Below, piece by piece: positions 1-12,675 of a stretch of 64,000 bases of DNA (position 1 is its first letter; every line of letters starts with the position of its first letter). This stretch comes from Phaeosaccion multiseriatum. Taxonomy: Eukaryota; Protista; Ochrophyta, other classes. The translations under genes and the position numbers were made by a program. Below the pieces are notes generated by a model. The model was not told the DNA's origin. It did not search any database and was given only the letters and a program-made list of their open reading frames with translations. The DNA is taken from NCBI GenBank assembly GCA_965112735.1, contig OZ218956.1, forward strand, positions 1,550,001 through 1,614,000, given 5' to 3'.

Positions 1-3000
1 GCGAGGGCATGGTGCTGACGAGCGAGCCCGCCTACGCCTCCATCTACGCAAAGACTCGCGTCAAGTTCTATGTGGTGCCGCAGGAGGACATCAACGAGGG
101 CATTAGTCTGCAGACGAGGGAGATGATGGTCCGGGATCACTCCATTCGCATGTTCAACATGAACCACGTCAACGACCTCTGGGACGTTATCAAGTGAGTG
201 TGTGTGTGCATGTGTGCGTGTGTGTGCGTGTGTGTGTGCGTGTGCGTGTGTGTGCGTATGTGTGTGTGTGTGTGTGAGGGTTAGTATGTGTGGTGAGAGA
301 GTGTGTGTGTTGTACTTCTATGTATTTGTGTGAGGAGCAGCAGTTGGAGAAGGAGGATTGGTGATGGAGGGGTGCTCTCGTTGCGTGACTGGCGCGGATG
401 ATGACGCGGATGCTGCCGCTGCCCCTCCTTCCCTCCCTCACCACCTCAATCACCCACCCACCAACCCACCTCTCCCTAACCCTCAGACACGACCCCGAGG
501 GTATGGACGCACTGCGCGAGTTTTGCCTGGAATACAAGACCAACGAGGGGCCCATCCTGCTGTACGACGAGATCAACAAGTTCAAGGAGGAGTGTCGCCG
601 CCCGGGCGCCAAGCCCAAGTACCTCGTCAAGGAGGCTTATCGTATCTACGGTGAGAGCGAGGAGGGCTCATGCTTTGTAGGATACAGGAGGGTTATTTAT
701 TGACTTAATAGGAATCACCTAAGAAACTGAAAGTGTGATTGTGTGTGTGTGCGTGTGTGTGTGTGCGCGTGTATGTGTCTCTGTGTCTCTGGGGCCCACG
801 AGTAGGATACGGCAGTGTAGCGTGTATCACCAACTGCTGCTGCAGTAGAAGTGCGGAAGTGGGATCGAAGTGGGGTGAAGCGAACGAACAGGGCTAATCC
901 CCTCCCTCCCTCCCTCCCTCCCTCCCCCTATCCCCTTTCCCCTCTCTATCAGAGACGTACCTGGCCAGCGGGCAGGGCCAACGCAAGCTCAACGTCAACC
1001 CCGATCTGCGCGGGGAGCTCGAGCGGAACCTGCAGAAGGAGAAGGCCAAAACGGAACACGAGCACACCTCCTTCCTCTCTTCGCTGTGGCCTCACTCGCA
1101 CTCCAACAAGGGAAGTGCCCGCAGCGGCAGCAAAGACGGGAGCAAGCAGCAGCAGCAGCAGCAGAAGCAGCAGAAGCAACAGCAGCAGCAGTGGGTGTTG
1201 CCATCAGGAGGTGGCGGAGCAGGGGCGGGGGTGGAGGCAAAAGAGCCGGGAACTGAGGGAGAGGAGGAGGGGACAGAGCTTACTGGGGGGGGGGAGAAGC
1301 CGTCTGCGGAGGCGACGCCCAACCGCAGGAAGAGCAGGATGAGCCTCCTTGTGAAAATGGGGCGGCAGAGCTCCATCGCCTTTATGGGGGGAGTCAATCG
1401 AAGGGCATCATTTCGAGGAGGAGGAGGAGGAGGAGGAGGAGGAGAGACAAGCGGCAAGGACAAGGGCGCAGCAGCAGCAGCAGCAGCAGCGGAGGGAGAG
1501 GATGCTGCCGTACCCGCTGGAGCAGCCGCAGGAGCAGCAAGTAAGCGGCCGGTCTTTGCAAAGGGCGGAACTTTCTTGATGAGCGACCACGAGAAGGGAG
1601 AAGAGATCCTCCAAGCGCACAAGAAGAACGCCGTGACGTTGGATACCATCTTTGACGCCCTCATGGTCAAGGCCGTCATCACCACCATCAACTACGATGT
1701 CATGCCTGCCTTCCAACAGAGCCGCTGTTATCGACTGGTGCGTGCGTTGCACTGGGGGGGCGTGGGCAGGACGGGAGGGAGGGAAGGGAGGGAGGGGAGG
1801 AGGGAGGGAGGAAGAGAGGGAGGAAGGGGAGGAGGGAGGGAGGCGAGGGAGGAAGGGTGAGAGGATGAGCTCCTTCCTACGAGACTTACGTGCTGCACGC
1901 TTTTGAAGCCGCGGAGAGCCTTACATCTCGTTCACCGCATCTCCACCTTTCTAACCACGGAAATTGGCTCCCTCCCTCCGTCCCTTCCTCCCCCCCTCCC
2001 TCCCTCCCTCCCTCCCTCCCTCCCTCCCTCCCTCCCTCCCTCCCTCCCTCCCTCCCTCCCTCCCTCCCTCCCTCCCTCCCTCCCTCCCTCCCTCCCTCCC
2101 TCCCTCCCTCCCTCCCTCCCTCCCTACCACCCTTCTCCTCCAACTCCCCCTCCAATCAGTACCTGGGGGCGGTTCTCTTCCCCTGCCCGGGAAAGCCTCG
2201 CGAGACCTTCGCGGTCGCCAAGCGAGTCCTGCCCATTCACGGCACCACTCAATACCATCAGTATGGAGAGGACGGATCCCCGTTCGATGACACTCCCGTC
2301 ACGAACTTCTCCTCCTCCTCCTCCTCCTCCTCCAGGTCGTCCGATGGGGGGAGGGGAGACAGTGATGGAGAGGAGGGAGGGGGGGAGGGGGGAGGTCGCC
2401 AGCACCACCACCACCACCACCACCACCACCGCAGTAGCCGTCATAGTCCGAGCAGGGGCGGCAACACGTTGCAGAATAAAGGTGGAGGTAGCGTGGAGAA
2501 GGAGAAGGAGAAGGGCAGGGGCCCGAAACACCCGGCCATGCTCGAGAGGAGGGACAGGGCGGGAACCTTCCGCCGGACTTTCCGTAACCTCCACATGGGA
2601 GGAGGAGGAGGAGGAGGAGGAGGAGGAGGAGGGAACAGTGGTATAGGCAGCGGGGCTAAGCTGCTGGAGGCCACCAAGAAGGGCTTGGGGGGTATTGTCA
2701 AGACCTTCACCAGCACCTTCCGACACCTCGACATTTATGCCGATGATGACGACGACGTGTCCGAGTTTTCGGCGGTTGGAAGGAGGAGCGGGCGCAGAGT
2801 GGTAGGGAAAGGTGGAGAGGGAGGGAGAGGGGAAGGAGGGAAAGGAGGGGAAGGAGGGGAAGGAGGGGAAGGAGGTGAAGGAGGGGGATGGGGAGGGGGG
2901 GGAGGTGGGGAGGGGCTGATGGACATGGAGGAAGGAAGGGAGAACCTGAGTAGGAGCAGGAGCGGAACGAGTGGCATCATTGGTGCCATTACTGTTAAGG

Positions 3001-4907
3001 ATGTCACTAGGGAGGGTGGAGGGGGAGGAGGAAGTTCGAGTAAAGCATCTACGGCCTTTTCGGTGTCCCCTCAGGGAGGAGGAGCAGAAGGAGGAGGAGG
3101 AGGAGGAGGAGGAGGAGGAGGAGGAGGAGGAGGAGGAGGAGGAGGAGGAGGAGGAGGAGGAGGAGGAGGAGGAGGAGGAGGAGGGGGAGGGGGAGGGGGA
3201 GGAGGAAGCGGCATTGATGGCTGCCATGGCACTTCCTTTCCAGCAGCAGCAGTTGGTGATACGACAGCAGAGCAAGAAGGGAGAAAGCCTCCACCTCCTC
3301 GCATGGGATTCACCCACAGAGAGGGGCACAGGGGCAACATGTGGGCCGAGCACGACGATGATGATGGAGCTAGCGACACGGCCAGAGGAGGGGTGGGGGA
3401 GGGGAAGAGGGAGGGGGAGGGGGAGAGGGAGCGGTGGGCAACAGGGGCTGCGGCTGTCGGGGGCGAGGAGGCCAAGGCCACGGAGAAGCCGCAGCAGGAG
3501 GTACCAGGCTGCTCCGACGTGCCGTTCGATTCGTTTTCGGGTAACAAGAGTGGAAAGAAGGACAAGTCGAGGACCGAAGACTCCTACCCGGAGGAGGAGG
3601 CGGAGGACTTAGTAGAGTCACTGTATATGTGCGAGGGAGACAGAAGGGATAGAGGTGGTGGTGGTGGTGGTGGTGGTGGTGGCGGCGCTTGTAGGGGCGA
3701 CGCGGGGAGCACAGAGGGGGGAGGTGTAGCAGCAGCAGGAGGGAAGGCCAAGGAGAAGAGGGGGGGTGAGACAGGCAAGGACCTCCCTCCGCTGAACAAG
3801 GGGCAGCAGCAGCGGGAGGAGGGGGGTGGGGGTGGTGGTGATGGTGGTGATGGCGGAAAGGCGGACGGGGGCGGTGTGGATGCGATGAGGAGCGGCCTCG
3901 GCATTCCAACCAGTAGCACTAGCAGTAACGGCGGCCTGAGGGTCGAGCATGTGGGCGACCACCATGCCGACGATGGCACCGAATGTCAAGCAGCAGCAGC
4001 AGGGGAGGGGGCTCAAGAAGGAGGGGTTGGAGCAGCAAGAGCCGCACCCGGGAAGGAGGAGAAAGAGGAAAGGGGGGACGCAGGAAAGACCGTCGCATTC
4101 GTGTCATCATCCTCGGAGGCTGAGGCGAAGGAGGAGGAGGAGGAGGAGGAGGAGGAGGAGGAGGAGGAGGGGGAGGAGGAGGATGGTGACGTCATTGCCG
4201 AGCCCACCAGCTGCAGCAGTGCCAGGGATAGGATGGGGCAGAATGGGATGCTCCACACCGGGGAAGTGGCTCGGTACGACATGTCGGCGTTCATGGGACG
4301 AAGGGGGCTACGGGGAGGAGGAGTAGAAGGAGGAGGAGAAGAAGAAGAAGAAGAAGAAGAAGAAGGAGGAGGAGGGGGAGTAGAAGGAGGAGGAGGAGGA
4401 GGAGGAGGAGGAGGAGAAGGAGGAGGAGGAGGAGGAGGAGGAGGAGGAGGAGGAGGAGGAGGAGGAGGAGGAGGAGGAGGAGCTGCTGCTGAAGGAGCAT
4501 GCGGATGCGGAGGGGCGGGGGGAGGGAGAGCGACGCCAGCCTACCACCGTCCGTCATCGGGTACTTTCAATGACACCTCCATGTCCTCAGGAGGAGGACC
4601 ACATGGATACCAAAGCCCGACTCGCACCATCACCAACAATACATACGGCAGCACGTCCGGCTTCATCGCGAGAGTCGATACTGCCATGTCGAGTACATAC
4701 GGGGATGAGACAGCCGGCGGAGGAGGAGGAGAAGGAGGAGCATGTCTGATGAGGGGCGACACAGCGTGGAGGGGTGGTGGTTCCTCAGACCGAGGAGGCT
4801 TTATTAATGATGAGCCTTTGACGGGGTCCGTGGTGGTGAAGCAAGGCTGGATGCGACGGACTTGGCTGACCGTGAGAAGCATGGGTACATCCATCAATCC
4901 GGCATGA
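1..4907 (+). CDS. RGS (regulator of G-protein signalling) domain protein with long Gly/Glu-rich disordered C-terminus; 5' end lies outside the window
   Basis: Exons <1-193, 487-650, 953-1737 and 2160-4907 join in frame at GT-AG junctions. The product contains RGS-like segments DPEGMDALREFCLEYKTNEGPILLYDEINKFK..AYRIYETYL..KLNVNPDLRGELERNL and IFDALMVKAVITTINYDVMPAFQQSRCY. Confidence 0.7.
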
Positions 4908-5131
4908 GGAGGACAGGGGTGGGTGGTGGGTGGGTAGATGGTTGGGTGGGTGGGTGGGGAGGGATGAGATGAAATACCATAGCGACTGAGCGAACAAGAG
5001 TACTGTAGTAGAATGAATATGAATACATGCTCGACGTACATAACTTGGAAGAGAACTGTGCACGCGCACACGCACACACACGCACACACACACACACGCA
5101 CTCGCCCGCCCGGCCGCTGGGCAGGGGCTGC

Positions 5132-5255
5132 GAGTCCAGGAGAGGAAGGTTCTTCAGAGTCCAGGAGGGGAACGTTCTTCAGAGTCCAGGAGCGGACCGT
5201 TCTTAGAATCCAGGAGGGGAACGTTCTTTAGAGTCCAGGAGGGGACCGTTCCTTT
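5132..5255. repeat. ~25-bp tandem repeat, 5 copies (GAGTCCAGGAGGGGAACGTTCTTCA)
   Basis: Directly visible between two convergent 3' ends; the unit contains the palindrome GAACGTTC. Confidence 0.85.
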
Positions 5256-6206
5256 GGGGCTGAGCTCAGCTCAGAGTACGACGTGAGAGGGCTCAAACTT
5301 CTTGTGTGCCATCCTGTGACCCTCTCTCCAGATCAAGAGGACCACACGCTAGCCGAAAGCGCGAGGACCCATCACATACATACAAAGGATACAGGGGACC
5401 ACACGCTGGCAAGTGTGAAGGTCCATCACATTCTGCATCATATCCATTGCATTATCGGTTTCCACTCCTGCATTGCTGGCATGATACCCTGTAATCTTAC
5501 TTATAACAAGCCACCAAACGGGGAGGGACCACGAAAGGCTTCTTTACACCCACATAACCTCACATGTCGCTCTGTTTACAGATGTCACTTGCTCTTCGCT
5601 CTACACAGCAAAGCTAGGTTTAGTCAATAGAGGCCTCAAGCAACACAACAACCGACTCTCTTCACAGATAACCTAGTTCCAGTCAACAGAGACATAGTTA
5701 ACAGAGACATTAAACAACACAACAACCCACTCATGTCGAGGGAGTGGCTCGCACCCGTCAGAGTTCCACCCCTCCTTCCACCCCTCCCTCCCTCCCTTGT
5801 AACGAATACGCCGTAAAGCTCCTAACCTAGATAAAGCAAAGCAAAGGGCGAGGATAGGGGCGAGAGACTCACTCCGCCCCACTCTCTCTCTCTCTCTCTC
5901 CCTCTCACTCACTTACTCACTTGCTCACCCACTTACTCACTCACTCACTCACTCACTCACTCACTAACTCCGTCCGTCCCGTCCTTCCCCACTTCCTCAG
6001 TCACAATTTCCCTCCCTCCCTCTCTCCCTCTGTCCTGCCCTCCCTCCCTCCCTCCCTCCCTCCCTCCCTCCCTCCCTCCCTCCCTCCCTCCCTCCCTCCC
6101 TCCCTCCCTCCCTCCCTCCCTCCCTCCCTCCCTCCCTCACTCACTCTCTCCCTCCCTCCCTCCCTCCCTCCCTCCCTCCCTCCCTCCCTCCTTCCCTCTC
6201 TCCCCT

Positions 6207-6506
6207 TCACTGCCCGGACACTCTCAGACTTGTCTTGATCCGCTCGAGCAGTGCATCGTTGAGCACTGCGCTAATGCTTCTCACGGTGACCCGGTGCGTG
6301 GAGGACGCGGCGTGCGTCTCCACACCGACGAGGGCTCCTACGCTCACGGGCTCGCCTTGAAGGGCGGGGGGGAGGCAGGCAGGCAGGGAGGGAGGGAGGG
6401 AGGGAGGAAAGGAGCGCGTGAGTGAGTGGGGGAGGGAAGGCAGGACAGAGGAAGAGAGGGCAACAGCAATGTACACACACGCACGTACACACGCACGCGC
6501 ACACAC

Positions 6507-6552
<46 letters not shown>

Positions 6553-9500
6553 GCGCACCTGTTGCTGACAATGTCGCCGTCTTGAGCACTCCAGCAGCAG
6601 GGGTCATGACGATACCCCCCTGGGCCACACCCCCCTCGGCCATACCCCCCTGGACCGCTCCCTCCGCGTCGGGACCCACCACAGACAAGCCGAGAGCTTT
6701 GAGAGCGGCCTTGACAGCGGAGGGCTGAGTACCCCCCGGGGATGGGGATTGCACCTGGGCTTGAGACCGCTGAGGCATGGTGGACCAGCGGGCCTGTGGA
6801 GGGAGGGAGGGAGGGAGGGGAGGGGAGGGGAGAGGGAAGGGGCAAAGAGAGAGAGGGCGAGAGAGGGAGAGGGAGAGAGAGGGAGAGAGAGAGGGAGGGA
6901 GAGAGAGAAAGAGAGAGGGAAAGAGAGAGAGTGAGAGAGATATAGAGACGAGGGATTGAGGAGGGAGAGAGAGAGGCCGAATACAGAAGCAGCAAGCGGG
7001 CTTTCAACAACCAACAAGCCCACACCTTACCCCCTTACCGTGCCCCAACTTCGCCACACATTAGCCACACCTTCGCCACACTTGAACCACACCTCAACCA
7101 CACTTCAGCCACCACATTTCAAACCACACCTTACGCACCTGGAAGGCTTCTGTGGTCATGTCGGAGGCCGCAAGGAACTGATCGAGGTGGAGGGGGAGGG
7201 GTACCTTGACACCGTGCTGAGCATCCCCTGCCGCGGAGGAGAAGAAGAGCTCCAGGGAGGCGGCCTCTGTGAAGGGACGCAGGCACTGGGGGGAGGGAGG
7301 GAGGGAGGGAGGGAGGGAGGATCAGGATCTTCCTTTATGGGTACTCCATTCCATTCTACTCCCCTCCACTCCACTCCACTCCACTTTACTCCACTCCACT
7401 CCACTCCACTCCACTCCACACTACTCCCCTCCACTCCACTCCACTCCACTCCACTCCACTACACTCCGCCCTCCCGCATCCCCCTCTTCCCATCCCCCTC
7501 CCTCCCTCCCTTCCTCCCTCCCTCCCTCCCTCCCTCCCTCCCTCCCTCCCTCCCTCCCTCCCTCCCTCCCTCCCTCCCTCCCTCCCTCCCTCCCTCCCTC
7601 CCTCCCTCCCTCCCTCCCTCCCTCCCTCCCTCCCTCCCTCCCTCCCTCCCTCCCTCCCTCCCTCCCTCCCTCCCTCCCTCCCTCCCTCCCTCCCTCCCTC
7701 CCTCCCTCCCTCCCTCCCTCCCTCCCTCCCTCCCTCCCTCCCTCCCTCCCTCCCTCCCTCCCTCCCTCCCTCCCTCCCTCCCTCCCTCCCTCCCTCCCTC
7801 CCTCCCTCCCTCCCTCCCTCCCTCCCTCCCTCCCTCCCTCCCTCCCTCCTCAATCACCTGAGCGCACACTTCAAACACCACAGGGCCACTTCCCGCTCGC
7901 GCTAGTCCATCCCCACCCCCGGAGGGAAGTGGTCGGACGGCGAGGGCGAGGGACAGGGGAGAAGGCCCTCCTCCTCCTGTAGAGGCGGTGGGCGCGGTGA
8001 GGCTCAGGTTGGTGAGGTCGGCGTCTCCTGTTGCCGCCACGCCGAGACTAAAGCCACAAGAGGAGCCGTTGGAGTAGCTAGACAGGCTGCAGTGGGGAGG
8101 GAGGGGGGCAGGAGAGAGGAGCGTACAAGAGGGGTGTTGGGGGGGGGTAAGACGCTTGCTTGACCTGACTTGACTTGAGAGAGACTGTTGTTCAAATTGC
8201 CACCCTTTCCTCCTCCCCTCCCCTCCCCTCCTCTCCCCCTCCCGCCCCCTCCCACCACTCACACTGTCACTCTCGCCAGCCCGGCCACCTCCGCTAGCAC
8301 AACCTCCTGTGCGCGAGGGGGCAAGGGCGGCGCCGTGTTGAACGGCGATGCCGGTGCCGGCGGCTCCACGGCATCAAAGGGATTCAGCCCCTCCTCCAGC
8401 TCCTTCGACACCTGCACCTGCGGCGGTTGCGGCAGATGGCTTCGAGCGACTTGGTCGAAGCTGACCGCCCCACCCCCTCCTCCTCCTCCTCCTGAGCTGG
8501 TGCCCGTCCATCCAAAGGGCGCTCCGCCGTCGGATGATGACGCACCCCCCGGGGTCGCTGGGAAGAAGGCTGCGCTGCTGAAGGCCTGGCTGGTGTTGGG
8601 AGTCAACGAGCCTTCTCCTCCTCCTCCTCCTCCTCCTCCTCCTCCTCCTCCTCCTCCTCCTCCTCCTGCCGCTGCTGCTGCTGCTGCTCCTGCTCCTGGG
8701 AGCATGGGTGAAAGAGGGAAGGCTGCGGGGAGCGCAGGGGCATGTACCTATCGAAGGGGGAGAGGGAGGGAGGGAGGGAGGGAGGGGGTAGGTGGGGAAG
8801 GGGGCGCGGTAAGAGGGAGGGAGAAAGAGGGGGAGAGAGAGAGAGGAGAGAGAGGAAGGGAGAGAGACAGAGAGAGACAGAGAGAGAGCGAGAGAGAGAC
8901 GGAGGGAGCGAGAGAGAGAGGAGAGAGAGAAAGGAGAGAATAGAGAGAGAGGTTCAAGCATCACGCGCACCCAGAACCCCACCCACCCACCCACCCACCC
9001 TCCCACCCACCCACCCACTCACGCACCCACCCACCCACCCACCTGGGCACCGGCGTCGATAGTGAGACCTCCCACCCCGCCCGCCAAGCCCATGATGCCC
9101 ATTGTCGATGTCATTGTCGACGCCATACCCGCTGTGTACGCCAAGTTCGGGCCTACTCCGGCGATGGACAGCGTGGACTGAGTGGACTGAGCGGGCAGAG
9201 TGCTGGTGCTGGTGTTGGTGGTGTTGTTGTTGTTGGTGTGGACGAAGGATTCGCCGAAGAAGTTGGCGCTGCCGGTTTCGTCGTCGTCGTCGTCGTCGTC
9301 GTCGGAGTCAACCCCTTCGAAGTGATCGTCCATCTATCAAGGGAAGGGGAGGGGTGAGACGGGAGTGAAGGCCGTACGGGCGACGAGAGAGGGGGGGACA
9401 ATGAGGATACAAGCGATGCGCACACACCCACACTCACACACGCACACACGCACACACGTACATCGAAGTCGGCGAGAAGGTCCCCGAGGGGCACGGGGCT

Positions 9501-11348
9501 CGTATCGAGGTTCATGCTCTTCTTCTTCTGCCCGAGGCCCTGCTGCTGCTCCTGCTGCTGCTGGTGCCGCAGGCTCTCCGTCTCCCGCCGGTCTCCCTTG
9601 TGCTTGTCCATGCCCTTGCCGTTGCCCCCCGCATGGGCGGCAGCTGAGGCGCTGCCGGAGGGCTGCGCATCCCCCTTCTCCTCCTTGTTTTGGGGTAGCG
9701 CCTTTCCTGCTTGGGGCAGCTCCTGCATCATCTGCATGTACACCATGAACTTCTCGATGAAGTGCTCAATCGTCGTCGCCAGCTGACGCGCCTGTGAGGG
9801 GGGTGTGGGAAAAAAACAATGCGAGTGGAGGAGGTCTGATGGCAAGTAGGCGCCTTTGCTTTGCGCCACTCTGACTCCGACTCCGACTTTGACTCTTACT
9901 CTTACTCTCAGTCTCAGTCTCAGTCTCAGTCTCAGTCTCACTCTCACTCTCACTCTCATTCTCATTCTCACTTTCATTCTCATTCTCACTCCTCAACAAG
10001 TTAAGTGAGAGCTTTGCTGTTCGCTCGGGTCGGCCTCTCTCTCTCGAGTGCGAGTGAAAGTGGAAGCGAGGTGTGTGCATGTGTGTGCGTGGGGGCAAGG
10101 AGTGCAGCCTCCAAACTGAAACTGAAACTGAAAATGAGCCCGTCGGATAGGCTCTGATGAAACTGAACCGGAAGCCGTTGGACGGACCTTAGGGGTGGAC
10201 AGGAGCACCTCCTCTCGTTCGTTAAAGGTTTGATCCTATACAGGAAGAGAGGGCAGTGGATGAGAGGAGTGGTGGCGATGGGATGGATGGCAGTGGATGG
10301 GGGGAGTGGTGGCGATGGGATGGATGGCAGTGGATGGCAGGAGGGGTGGGGATGGGATGGATGGTAGTGGATGGGGGGAGGGGTGGGATGACATGATGAG
10401 ATGTGATGGAAGGATGGGGGACAGGCAGGCCGCCCGGTATACAGCCAGGTATGCAGCCAGGGGCAGGAGGAAAGACACAGAGGGACAGAGGAGCTTTGGT
10501 GTCTATTCGCTGCTCACCGAGAAGATCTTGAGGTCGAGGCCAAACACAGCACCTCTCTTGGAGCACAGCGACCAGCGGTAGAACTCCGTGTAGCAGATGA
10601 AACGGCCCTGGGGAGGCGGATGGAGGGGAGAGGAGGGAAGGGGGAAAGGGGAGAGGAGGGGAGGGGAGGGAAGGGGAGGGGAGGTGCGCGGTTATATACG
10701 CCTGCAAAAGCCTACATAAAGCCGCTACAAGCCTACAAAGGCCTACAAAGGCCTACAAGGCCTACACAAGGTTGCGTATGGATACATAAGACTGCACATG
10801 CCTTGGTGTTGACCATGAACTCCGACGGCGGGCCGGTGTCGTGCTGCACCGGGGGTCCCTCGTACAGATTTGCGCCCATCGCAGAGAGAGAGATTACTCC
10901 ATGGAGGTCCCTGTGTGGAGAGAGGGCGGGGACGGACGGACGGACGGACGGACAGAGGGAGGGAGGGAGGGACGGAGGGAGGGAGGGACGGAGGGAGGGA
11001 GGGAGGGAGGGAGGGAGGGAGGGAGGGAGGGAGGGAGGGAGGGAGGGAGGGAGGGAGGGAGGGAGGGAGAGGAAGAGGCGTGGGGGTTGGGTGAAATGGG
11101 GGGACATTCGTTCGCTTGGTCAAGTTGTTTTCCGACTTCAGAAAGGAAGCAAGGAGGAAGCGCTTTTGCTTGACACTCGCGCTGCTCTCTCTCTCTCACT
11201 GCACCCCACTCACCAACCTACCCGCCCTACCCACCCACCCCACCCACCCTACCCACCCACCCACCCATCCATCCATCCATCCATCCATCCATCCAGTCAT
11301 CCCAGCCCCACGCACACGCGCACGCGCACCCACACACACACGTGCACG

Positions 11349-11379
<31 letters not shown>

Positions 11380-12634
11380 GCCGAACTTGTTGCCATCCTT
11401 CTTGCTGAGCGCACACACAAACTTGTGCCCCTCGTCGTCGAAGACCGCCGCATCTTCATTAACGGCCCTGGTCATGTGCCTGAGCCACGACTGCATGGTG
11501 ACGGGCGTCTCGGCGCAGAGGGTCCAAGAGCGGTCGATGGTGACGATGTCAAAGGCGTGTGGAGGGGTGGCTTTGGCACTCGACACGGGGCGGATGTAGC
11601 AAACCTTTAGGACGGGGAGGGGGGGGGTGTCAGGGGTTAGGACAGCAGGTGCTGTGTGAGCGATCAGCCAGCCACCAGCCAGCCATCAGCCATACATGTT
11701 AGAGGTAGACAGGCATGGTATTGCTCATGTTAGAGGCATATCCGACATGCTGTACATGTTAGAGGCATACCCGACATGGTGCACATGTCAGAGGCATATC
11801 CGACATGGTACACATGACAGAGGCACCACCAACATGGTACACATGTTAGAGGCATACCTTGCAGAGGTCGATGAGGTTTCTCTCCTTGCGATGCTCCGAC
11901 CCACCGCTGCCCCCCTTGGTGCTGGACACGACCTCGCTGAAGAGGGGCACGGAGGGTAGGTTACTGTAGTAGGCCATAAAGTGGCCCTGAGTGTGTGTGG
12001 GGGTAGAGAGGGGCATATCGGTACGGGTAGGCACAGTTTCAGTTTTTGAGTTTCAGTTTTGAGTTTCAGTTTTGAGTTTTCAGTTTCAGGTTCAGGTTCA
12101 GTTCGATATACGGGTTCCACACCTCGGTCCTGTCTAATATCAGTTTGTTCATATATTCATGCGCCCTCTGAATCTTAAGAGTAAAGCCCACCCACCTGTG
12201 AAGTAGAGTAGAGCACAAAGTAGCGCCAGAGCCATTTCTTCATGTTCCCGCCTCTCTTGAGCAGCCAGCCCGAGTAGAGAACCACCTGGTCCCAGTGCTC
12301 GCCAACTGTGGGGTTTTGCAAGAGCTGAGGACGCCTGCCCTTGGCCTTGGGGCTGATGAGGCCTCCTCCCTTCGGGCTTGTACTGCCGAGGCTTCGGCCA
12401 AGCCGGGGGGAAATGGCTTCAGCGGCCTTGACTATGCCTGCAGGGGGAGGGGAGGGAGGGGGGTAGGGGTTATGGGGGAGGGAGGGGAGGAAGGGGAGGG
12501 AGAATGGAAGGTGGCAGAAGGAAGGGTCACAAGGAAGGGAGAAAGGGTCAATCACACGCCGCTGTTGAGCGAAATCATTCGATAATTGATTGATGGAGTG
12601 CTCCATGGAGGGCGTGGGTGGTGGACAGCGAGAA

Positions 12635-12675
<41 letters not shown>

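Noticed and set aside
5102-5285. Third TCG..CGA MITE around the 25-bp repeats
   Set aside because: No matching inverted termini or target-site duplication.
6956-8262. PPSL/GGRE repeat ORFs (and many similar ones elsewhere)
   Set aside because: Translations of (CCCT)n/(GAGG)n intronic microsatellites.
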